A stretch of 64,000 nt of DNA from Squalus acanthias. Lineage: Eukaryota. Location of the stretch: the NCBI GenBank assembly GCA_030390025.1, contig CM059431.1:150910001-150974000 (forward strand), read 5' to 3'. The notes under the pieces were generated by a model, which worked only from the letters and a program-made list of their open reading frames with translations, was not told where the DNA came from and ran no database searches. Positions 50,395 through 60,400 of the stretch are shown one piece after another. Position numbers and translations under genes: made by a program. Position 1 is the stretch's first letter, and each line of letters starts with the position of its first letter.

Positions 50395-50467
50395 GACCGG
50401 ATAGCTCAGTCTGTATAACATCAGTCTTTTAATCTGAGCGGCCAGGGCTCAAGTCCCTGTTAAGGCA
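50395..50467 (+). pseudogene. tRNA-Lys(UUU) pseudogene
   Basis: GACCGGATAGCTCAGTCTGTATAACATCAGTCTTTTAATCTGAGCGGCCAGGGCTCAAGTCCCTGTTAAGGCA. Confidence 0.75.
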
Positions 50468-50779
50468 TTGCCTTTTGCCAATGAATACAACACATAATTT
50501 ACACTTGAAAGCAGTGACTTTGGAAAATACCCTATCAGAAGAAGCAGGAATGCTTGCAAATTTTTCAAATATATTAGGAATATGTTAGAATTATATTTGA
50601 AAAATCAGGTGTTGTGACAAACAATCAACAAATATTATGTTATGTTGGTTGAGGGATAAATATTGGCCAGGACACCGGGGATAACTTCACTGCTCTTCTT
50701 CGAAATAGTAACATGGGATCATTTACGTACACCTGAGAGAGCAGACAGGGTCTCCGTTTAACGTCTCATCTGAAAGACG

Positions 50780-53700
50780 GATGGATTGGCTTACATCTTC
50801 CAAAATTGCTTTGATTCCAGAACGGTCTCAGTGATTTGGAATGTAGCAAATGTAACACCGCTATTCAAGAAAGGAGGGTGAGAGAAACCAGGGAACTACA
50901 TGACAGCTAGCCTGACATCGGTCATTGGGAAAATGCTGGAATCCATTGTTAAGGAAGTGATATCAGGGCAGTTAGAATATCATAAGATAATTGGTAGAGT
51001 CAACATGGTTTTATGAAAGGGAACTCTTGTTTGACAAATTTATTAGAGTTTTTGAGGATCATATAATCATAGAATCATTACAGTTACAGCACGGAAGGAG
51101 GCCATTTCGGCCCATCGTGGCCACGCCGGCCAACAAAGAGCTATCCAGTCTAGTCCCTCTTCCCAGCTCTTGGTCCGTAGCCCTGCAGGTTAGAGCATCC
51201 CAAGGACACATCCAAGTACTTTTTAAATGTGGTTAGGGTTCCTGCATCTAACACCCTTTCAGGCAGTGAATTCCAAACCCCCACAGTCCTCTGGCTGAAG
51301 AAATTTCCCTTAAATCCCCATTAAACCTTACACCAAATACTGTAAATCTGTGCCCCCTGGTTTTTGACCGCTCTGCTAAGGGAAATAGGTCCGTTCTATT
51401 CACTTTATCTAGGCCCCTCATAATTTTATACACCTCAGTAAGGTCTCACCTCAGCCTCCTCTCTTCCAAGGAAAACAGACCCAGCCTATGCAGTCTTTCG
51501 TCATAGCTAAGATTCTCTACTCCCGGCAACATCCTTGTAAATCTCCTCTGTACCCTCTCTAGTGCAATCACATATTTCCTGTAATGTGGTGACCAGAACT
51601 GCACGCAATACCCTAGCTGAGGCCTAACTATTGTTTTATACAGTTGAAGCATAACCCCCCTGCTCTTGTATTCTATGCCACGGCACATAAAGCTAAGCAT
51701 TCCGTATGCATTCTTAACCATATTATCTACCTTGCCTGCTAAATTCAGAGATCAGTGGACAGGCACTGCAAGTTCACTTTGTTCCTCTACACTGCTCAGT
51801 GTCCTACTATTTAATGTGTATTCACTTTCCTTGTTAGCCCTCCCCAAATGGATTACCTCACACTTCCCGGATTGAATTCCATTTGCCACTGTTCTGCCCA
51901 CCTGACCAATTTATTGATATCTTCCTACAGTCTACAGCGTCCTTCTTCAGTATCAACTACACAGCCGATTTTAGTATCATCTGCAAACTTCTTAATCATA
52001 CCCACTATACTCAAGTCAAGATCATTGATATATACCACGAAAAGCAAGGTACCTATTACTGAGCCCTGCGGAGCCCACTGGAAACAGCCTTCCAGTCACA
52101 AAAACACCCATCAACCATTACCCTCTGCTTTCTGTCTTTAAGCCAGTTTTGAATCCAACTTGACACTTTGCCCTGTATCCCATGGGCTTTTAACTTCGTG
52201 ACCAGTCTGCCATGTGGAAACTTATCAAAAGCCTTGCTAAAGTCCATATAAACTGCATCAAACACACTACCCTCATCTACCCTCCTTTTTACCTCCTCAA
52301 TAAATTCAATCAATTTTGTCAGACACGATCTTCCCTTAACAAATCCGTGCTGACTATCCTTGATTAATCCGTGTCTTCTAAATTAAAATTTATACTGTTA
52401 TTCAAATTCTTTCCAATAATGTACCCACCACCGAGGTTAGGCTGACTGGCCTGTAATTAATTGGTCTATGCTTTTCTCCCTTTTTAAACAAGGGTATCAC
52501 ATTAGCAGTCCTCCAGTCCTCCGGCACCACACCTGAAGCCAGAGAGGATTAAAAAATGATGGTCAAGGCATCTGCTATTTCCTCTTTTGCTTCGCTTAAC
52601 AGCCTGGGATACTTTCATCCGGGCCTGGGGATATATCCACTTTTAAAGCTGCTAAACCCCTTAATACCTCCTCTCTCACTATGTTTATTTCATCTAATAT
52701 TTCACACTCCTCTCCCCTGATAGAAATGTCTGCTTCGCCCCTCTCCTTTGTGAAAACAGACGCAAAGTAATCATTAAGAACCCTACCGACGTCTCCCGCC
52801 TCCACACACAGATTACCCTGTTCATTTTCGCAACAATAATGTATTTAGTTATCTTCTTACTCTTATTATATTTATACAACATCTTTGGGTTTTCCTTGAT
52901 TTTTCTTGGCAAGAACTTTTCATGCTCTCTCTTTGCTTTCCATATATCCTTTTTAATTGCACCCCTGCACTTCCTGTACTCATCTAAAGCTTCTGGAGTA
53001 TTTAGCCCTCGCTATCTGGCATAAGACACCCTTTTTTTCGTTATCCTACCCTTTATGTCCCTAGACATCCAGGGGGCTCTAGATTTGTTAGTCGCACCTT
53101 TTTTCTTTAAGGGCACATATTTTGTCTGAACCCTCCGGATCGCCTCCTTGAATGCCTCCCACTGCTCTGAAACTGATTTACCTTCAAGAAGCTGTTTCCA
53201 GTCACAATGGCTAAATCCCCTCTGAGCTTAGCAAAATTTGCTTTTCTCCAATTTAGAATTTTTATTCCTGGTCTATCCTTGTCCTTTTCCATAACTACCT
53301 TAAATCTAAAAGAATTATGGTCACTAGCACCAAAATGCTCCCCCACTGATACGCCTTCCACCTGCCCAGCTTCATTCCCTAAAACTAAGTCCAGAACCGC
53401 CCCGTCCCTTCTTGGGCTTGCAACATACTGGCTAAAAAGTTCTCCTGGATGCATTTTAAGAATTCCGCACCCTCTATAACCTTCACACTAAATTTATCCC
53501 AGTTAATATTGGTAAGTTGAAATCATCTACTATTACTGCCCTATAGTTTTTGGACTTCTCGTAAATTTGTCCACATCATCCCCCCTCACAGCTGTAATAG
53601 TGTCTTTAATCAATACCGCGAACCTCCACCCATCTTACCTCCCTCTCTATCCCGTCTGAAAATACTGTAACCAGGAATGTTGAGCTGCCATACCTGCCCC

Positions 53701-55375
53701 TCTTTTAGCCACTTCTCTGTAAAAGCTATAACATCATAGTCCCAAGTATCTGCCTGTCCCCTCAGCTCATCTGCCTTTTTCGCTATACTCCTTGCATTGA
53801 AGTATATACCATTTAGTACAGGCAACGCTCCTTGCTGACTACGATCGAGCCCTTGATTCCTCTTTCCTGCCAATTTACTTTCTAAGCTTTTGTTTTCCAA
53901 CTCCAGTTTTTCTTCCCTCCCTATTGGCTCTATACGTAGATTCCCATCCCCCTGCCAAGCTAGTTTAAACCCTCCCCAAAAGCACTCGCAAACCCTCCCG
54001 TGAGGATATTGGTCCCGTTCCCGTTGAGGTGCAACCCGTCTGGCTTGTCGAGTTCCCACCTCCCCCAGAAACGGTTCTAATTCCTCAGGAATCTAAAGCC
54101 CTCCCGCCTATACAATCCCTGCAGCCACTCATTCATCTGCGCTATCTTCCTATTTCTGTTCTCACTCGCACGTGGCACTGGTATTAAACCGGAGATTACT
54201 CACCCTGAGGTCCTGCTTTTTGACCTCTTTCCTTGCTCCCTAAACTCTGCCTGCAGGACCTCATCCCTCTTCCTACCTAATTCGTTGGTAACTTTATGGA
54301 GCAAGACCTCTGGCTGTTCACCCTCCCCCCTCAGAATGTCATGCAGCCATTCAGTGACATCGTTGACCCTGGAACCAGGGAGGCAACATACCATCCTGGA
54401 GTCACGTCTGCGGCCGCAGAAACGCCTGTCTGCTCCCCTAACTATTGATGTAACTAGTAGGGTAGATTAAGGGGAACAAGTGGATGTAGTATATTTGGAT
54501 TTCCAAAAGGCATTCGATAAGGTGCCACATAAAAGTTTATTGCACAAGACATGTTTGCATGGGTTTTGGGTAATATAGTAGCATGGAAAGAGGATTGGTT
54601 AACGGACAGAAAACAAAGAGTAGGGAAAACGGGTCTTTTTCAGGTCGGCAGGCTGTAACTAGTGGGGTAACGCAAGGTTCAGTGCTGGAGTCTCAGCTAT
54701 TTGCAATCTATGTTACTGAACAAGATGAAGGGACCGCGTGTAATGTATCCAAGTTTACTGACGATACAAAGCTAGGCGGGACAGTAAGCTGTGAGTAGAA
54801 CACAACAAGTCTGCAAAGGGATATAGATAGACTAAGTGAGTGGACAGTAAGTTGGCAGATGGAGGATAATGTAGGGAAATGTGAAGTTATTCACTTTTGT
54901 AGGAAGAATAGAAAAACATAATATTTTTTAAATGATGAGAATCTTTTAAATGTTGGTTTTCAGAGAGATTTGGGTGTTTTCATGCAAGAAACACAGAAAG
55001 CCAGCATGCAGCTACAGCAAGCAATAAGGAAGGCAAATGGCATGTTGATCTTTATTGCAAGGGGTTTGGAGTAAAGAGTAAGGAAGTCTTGCTACAATTG
55101 TACAGGTCCTTGGTGAGACCACACATGGAGTACTGTGCACAGTTTTGGTCTCCTAATCTAAGGAAGGATATACTTTCCTTGGAGGCGGTGAAACAAAAGG
55201 TTCACTAGATTGATTCCTGGGATGAGAGGGCTGTCCTATGATGATAGATTATGTAGATTGGGCGGATACTCTCTGGAATTTAGAAGAATGAGCGGTGATC
55301 GCATTGAAACATACAATATTGAGAAGGGGATTGACAGGGTAGATGTTCCCCTGACTGGAGTATCTAGAACTAGAG
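50780..55375 (+). mobile_element. CR1 LINE host copy in two pieces (50780-51059 and 54447-55375)
   Basis: GAGTTTTTGAGGAT | GATGTAACTAGTAGGGTAGAT is one continuous RT sequence (EFFEDVTSRVD). Confidence 0.82.
51060..54446 (-). mobile_element. CR1 LINE (partial ORF1 esterase, decayed ORF2, tail) nested in another CR1
   Basis: ORFs 54200-54394 (CCLPGSRV), 53610-54059 (FNARSI), 53107-53454 (SDHN), 52056-52313 and 51446-51721. GAT is duplicated at both junctions. Confidence 0.92.
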
Positions 55376-55382
55376 GAGCTTG

Positions 55383-55455
55383 TCCCGGATGGCACAGCCG
55401 GTAAAGCGCCCGACTTTTAATCTGAGGGTCCAGGATTCAAGTTCCTGTTGGGGCG
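55383..55455 (+). pseudogene. tRNA-Lys(UUU) pseudogene
   Basis: TCCCGGATGGCACAGCCGGTAAAGCGCCCGACTTTTAATCTGAGGGTCCAGGATTCAAGTTCCTGTTGGGGCG, then CTGCTTTT. Confidence 0.75.
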
Positions 55456-55854
55456 CTGCTTTTAACAGTGAAGACAACACCTAAGTTTACACTTGAAAGC
55501 AATGAAATCAGAAAATACCCCATCAAAAGAATCATACGTTTATTTACAACGGTTTAATATAGATTAAGTAAATACTAGGAAATGTAATATATTTCAAAAT
55601 GCAGGTGTTGTGACAAATATGCAACAAATATTAAGAAGTTTTATTGAGACAACAGGGAAGAACAGCTTTAAACGCTCGGGTTTCATGTAGCTGCATAAAC
55701 ATAGAAATTGACCATCTCTAAACTACCGCTCAATGTATTTAAAGCACCGCCACTGTGACAAATCTTTCAAATACGTTAATGAGATCAGCATGAACGGTTT
55801 GTGCTTCAGGGGGTTGCCTGAAAGATGGAATTGAGAATTTTGATTTAAAAGCAG

Positions 55855-55927
55855 CGTTCGTACAGGAACGTGACACCTGAAGCCTCAGATTAAAAGCCTG
55901 ATGTTTCACCGACTGAGCCATCTGGGC
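55855..55927 (-). pseudogene. tRNA-Lys(UUU) pseudogene
   Basis: GCCCAGATGGCTCAGTCGGTGAAACATCAGGCTTTTAATCTGAGGCTTCAGGTGTCACGTTCCTGTACGAACG. Confidence 0.75.
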
Positions 55928-55974
55928 TCGCGCCTTTTTTTATAACACACCGACTTTCAGTGGGTTTCACCTAA

Positions 55975-57985
55975 CTTGGCAGGGAGATGGGCACCAGCAT
56001 GTAGGAGTAGTATAGAGGAATAGGGTGCATAAAAGATTGAGTGTGTTGGAGAAGAAATTGTACGGGAGGCGGAAGTACTACCATATTAGATAGTAGCAGA
56101 ATAAGAAAGACTACAACATTTTCAAAACTGATTTTAGAATGCATGTACGTAAACGCAGAAGGTGTGATGAATAAGGTTGATGAGCAATAAGCAGAATTAG
56201 TCGTGTGGCAACTTGATGTTGTGGCAATAATGGAAACGTGGCTTAAAAACGGCGAGGACAGGCCACTTGACATTCAAGGGTACACGGTGTTCAGAAAAGA
56301 CAGGGAAAGAAAAAAGGGAGGTGGGGTAGCAGTGCTGGTGAAGGAAGACATTGTAGTGGTGGAGAGGGAGGATGTTCTTGAGGCGACAGGACAGAATCAT
56401 TTTGTTAGAATTGAGGCGAACAAGGCTGTGTTCACGCTACTGGGGGTATTCTACAGGCCCTCCAAATAGTGAGAGGGAGGTAGATGAGCAAATCTGCCCG
56501 TATATCGCTGAGATATGCATAGCTATAGAGTGATCATATTGGGCGACTTTAATTACCCACATATCGATTGGATAATGATAGGGTAAAGGGAAAGGTGGGG
56601 GAGGAATTTCTGAAATGTGTTCAGGAGATTTTCCTTGACCAGTATGTTTTTGGCCCAACTAGGGAGGAGGGATTGCTGGATCTGGTGTTGGGGAGTGAGG
56701 TGGGCCAGGTCGACCAAGTGTCTGTGGGAGAACACTTGGGTCCGATTGATTATGATATCATAAGATTTCGATTAGCAATGGAATGGAGCAAGGAACAATC
56801 TAGAGTGGAACTTCTAATCTAGAATAGGACTAACTTCAATGGGATGCGAAAAGTTCTGACCAGGGTAATACTGACAGGAAAAACTATAAGGGAACAAGGG
56901 GTTATCTTAAAGGAGGAGATGTTCCAAGTACAGGCTAGGTACATTCCAACAAGAGGGAAGGGTAAGGGAAGCAAAGCAAGGGCTCCTTGGATGACGAGGG
57001 AGATAGAGAAGATGATGGAAGCAAAAAAGAGGTTTTATGATGCATATCAGGTGAATCTTCAAGGAAGAACGAGACCAAATACAATAAGTTGAGAGGGGAA
57101 GTGAAGATGAAAATAAGATTGGCAAAGAGAGAATATGAGAATAGAATGGCGGTTAACAGGAAAGGGAACCCACAAATCTTCTCCTGGCATGTAAAGAGTA
57201 AGTGGTAGGAAGAGGCGGGGTAGGGCCTATTAGAGACAAAGAAGGCGATATATGCTTAGAGGCGCAGGACAAGGCTAGAATACTCAGTGAGTACTTTGTA
57301 TCGGTGGTTACTAAAGAGGTGGATGTTGACACAGTATCGGTAGAAGTGGTAAAGTTATAAGCAATGGAAGGGGTGCGAATTGATCAACAGAATGTACAAG
57401 AAAGGCTGGGTATATTTATAGTGGAAAAGACACCTGGTCCGGAAGGTTTGCATCCCAGGTTGATAAGGGAATTGCGGGTGGAGATAGCGGAAAGGCTTAC
57501 AATAATTTCCCAGTCTTCCCTAGATGCGGAGGATGTGCCTGAGGATTGGTGAGTGGCAAATGTGACACCATTGTTCAAGAAAGGGTGTAAGGACAATCCT
57601 AGTAACTACAGGCCGGTCAGTTTAACATCAGTGGTGGGTAAATTTTCAGAAACAATAATCAAGGAAAAATTAACAGGCACTTGGAGAGGTTTAAGCGAAT
57701 TAAGGAGAGCCAACAATAATTTGTAAAAGGATGATCGTGCTTGACTAATCTAATTGAATTATTTAATGTAGTAACAGAGAGGATTGATGAAGGGAATGCA
57801 TTGGATGTTGTCTACATAGATTTTCAGAAGTTGTTTGGCAAAGTACCAGAATGGTTCTGGGAATGGGGGATCTTATCTAGAAGGAGAGGTTGGAGAAGCC
57901 GGAATTGTTTTTATTAGTTCAAAGGAGGTTGAGGGGTGATTTGATAGTGGTGTACAAGATTATGACGGCTTGGATAGGCTAGAAA
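55975..57985 (+). mobile_element. CR1 LINE ORF2 (endonuclease, linker, start of RT) plus a short 3' fragment
   Basis: ORFs 56203-56469 (VAIMETWL..GGGVAVLVK..FYRP), 56568-56822 and 57364-57552 (PGPEGLHPR). Confidence 0.9.
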
Positions 57986-58174
57986 CGATAATGTACAGCC
58001 GGGGAAAGCAGCAGACATCAAACACACCGCACAAAATGGAAGAAATGTTTCCTGATACCTGTTCATTTTCGCAACAATAATCTCGTTTTCGTCACAACTG
58101 AAAGAAGGTCATTCTAAAACGGAACAGGATATGCAATTAATTACTAGTTAGGAAAGGAAACTCTGGTTTGATCT

Positions 58175-60004
58175 TCATATTTTGTTAACCAAGTTCCGAA
58201 TCAATGTCCAGGGAGCTTTCACTAATCTCACCAGCTCTTCCCTGAATTTGGTTTGGGTCGCTGCATAAATGCACGTGTTTGTACAGGAGCTCAAATACAT
58301 GAGCATAAATCCGCTTGCAGAGGCGATGTATGCAGCAGATGTATAATCGGGTCGTTCATAAATGACCAGGGAGTTCATTAAATAACTAACGACAGCTGTC
58401 AGCCACAACAATATAAAACTACCTGATACACTGAACAGTAAAATGATGGATTTCCTCCGGCTCGCCATCTCTGGATCGCTCTGATTCTCACTGCTGTGAC
58501 CCCGGAGTCTCCTGCGGGCTCTACTGGCCACTAAAATCCGTCTGACTGTCAAACCATTAAACAGAAATATCAAAGCAAAAGGAAGCCCTGCAGTTAAAAG
58601 AGTTTCTAACCAGACAAATGCTGTAGCTGCAGGCGAGGTGAAGAAGTCAATTTTCAAGCGGCAACCCCAGTGAATATTGTTAATGATTCGTGCAGTTTCA
58701 TATGCAAACGAATAGGGGATATTGTCCAACCAGAGCAGAACAGAGACCATTGTTATTACGGCGGCCGCAGTTCTCACTGTGCAATATTTCGTTTTAAACT
58801 TCTCACAACTTATCGCGACATAGCGGTCAAATGTGAAGGAGATGGTAAACCACACGGACATATCGAGGGCAACAGCATTCAAGTATACAAGCAACCTACA
58901 GACGGCAGTGAAGTTGAGGAATGAATGTGGAAAGTGATATGTAAAAACGCGGTACAGCAGCACATTGATGATCATGACCAGTAGATCTGCTGTTGCCATG
59001 GCCACCATGTAGACCGAGATACCTTTGGAAAGACCGCATTTGCCTCTGGAGAGAATCACGATTGTCAGTAGGTTCGCTGTGAGAAAGAGTGACAAGCGGT
59101 CAGTAACGGGCACACTCGGATAAATCTCACACCATATTGTGGGTAAATGTGCAGATGTGTCCCTGTGCAGGCGCATTTTTAATTATATAGGCTGGTTTTA
59201 ACGAAGAGGTTTTTTTTACATGAACACTCAATATACAGGGATTGAAAATCACGCGTCCTTCCCTCAGACTTCAGACAGACATCGCCAAATATAAAATGTA
59301 ATTTCACAGCAATTACTGCAAATATATGAATTCAAACGAAGCATTCAGTTGAGAGAACATCATTCAATTTAGGTCGAAACTCTGCGCTTTTTCTTTGTAC
59401 AATTGCCTTGGGGCGGGGGGTGGGGCGGTGGGGGTTGGTGGGGGCGGTGAGCTGGGAGCTGCTTGGTAACAGAGCGGGATCTGGTGGAGACGCGAATGTA
59501 CTTTGCAGCCAAGGGGAGTGGAGCAGCTCCTGAGCGGCAACTACTGCTCAAAGTATCTTTCAAAGTCCCCTGTTGGGTGGAGGTGGCTGCAGTCCGAGCA
59601 ATTATCAACGTAAATTAAACAGGGTACAAGTGTACACATGATGTGATTACTATCCACAGGAAGCAGCACATCCTGTAGTGATCTCTATACTATTGGAGGG
59701 GCCGGGGGAAGTCAGCTTCGCCCTCCCTCAGTACAGGAAGAAAGCGAGCGCCCGGCACCCACGAGCTACCGACCAGCCTCACCAGCCGCGTGGACTGGTT
59801 GGATTCCCATTGATATTCACCAACTTATCCCGATGGTTAAGTGACTCTGCAATGAGGACATTCTGAGAATCATTACATAATAATTAAAACTGAGATAGAC
59901 AACAGCCATTAGACAACAGGATTCACTGACTTACCTGGAATGCCAAAGGCTGCGAGAGCAGGATAGTAAATGATGCTGACCATTTGAATTGTTGACAGTG
60001 CCAT
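58175..60004 (-). CDS. GPR139/GPR142-like class A GPCR, gene 3, intact, 323 aa. Exon 1 60004-59935, exon 2 59076-58175
   Basis: Exon 1 MALSTIQMVSIIYYPALAAFGIP, then G/gtaagt. Acceptor ctcacag/CG AAC. 70+902 = 972 nt in frame to TGA. Seven hydrophobic segments; YY...GIPANLLT, ATADLL, FDRY, C(TM3)/WGC and NTCIY resemble GPR139 (YY..LGLPANILT, AAADIL, IDRY). Confidence 0.92.
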
Positions 60005-60400
60005 TTTTATAAAGAATATGTGACTTCTGTCCGGCACTTTGGTTAGTATCAGAGTGTACATGCGATCCATAAACAATCTCATTTTATAGCAAAGTCGGTG
60101 CCCCGGTGAGAATATTAGTCACATGACAATTGGCGTTAGTTACAGTCACTTAACCAACAAGGCAAGATTTTCCGCTTCAGTGTGCCTGGGACAACAAAGG
60201 CGACATTTTACAACTCAATTCAAATGAACGAACGGGACCTGATACTAGATGGAATGTATTGTGCACAATCACCTTGATCACCGAAGGGAACATCCCACAC
60301 GGGTACTGCGTCAGGTTACTGGTGCCTCGTAATAATTCGTGAAATCTTAAATCATCCATTAGATAGTTAAATTTAGCTTTGTACTATGATGATAAATGGA
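60005..60400 (-). promoter_or_regulatory. Proximal promoter/5' UTR of GPCR gene 3, TATAAA at 60088-60083
   Basis: Reverse complement aligns with the gene 1 and gene 2 upstream regions (GCACACTGAAGCGGAAAAT, TTCTCACCGGGGCACCG, CTATAAA). TATA lies 84 nt before the ATG. Confidence 0.7.

Noticed and set aside
59077..59176. N-terminus MRLHRDTSAHL... of ORF 58175-59176
   Set aside because: This is intron read-through. The conserved acceptor at 59078-59077 and the homologous 70-nt exon 1 at 60004-59935 give the real N-terminus.
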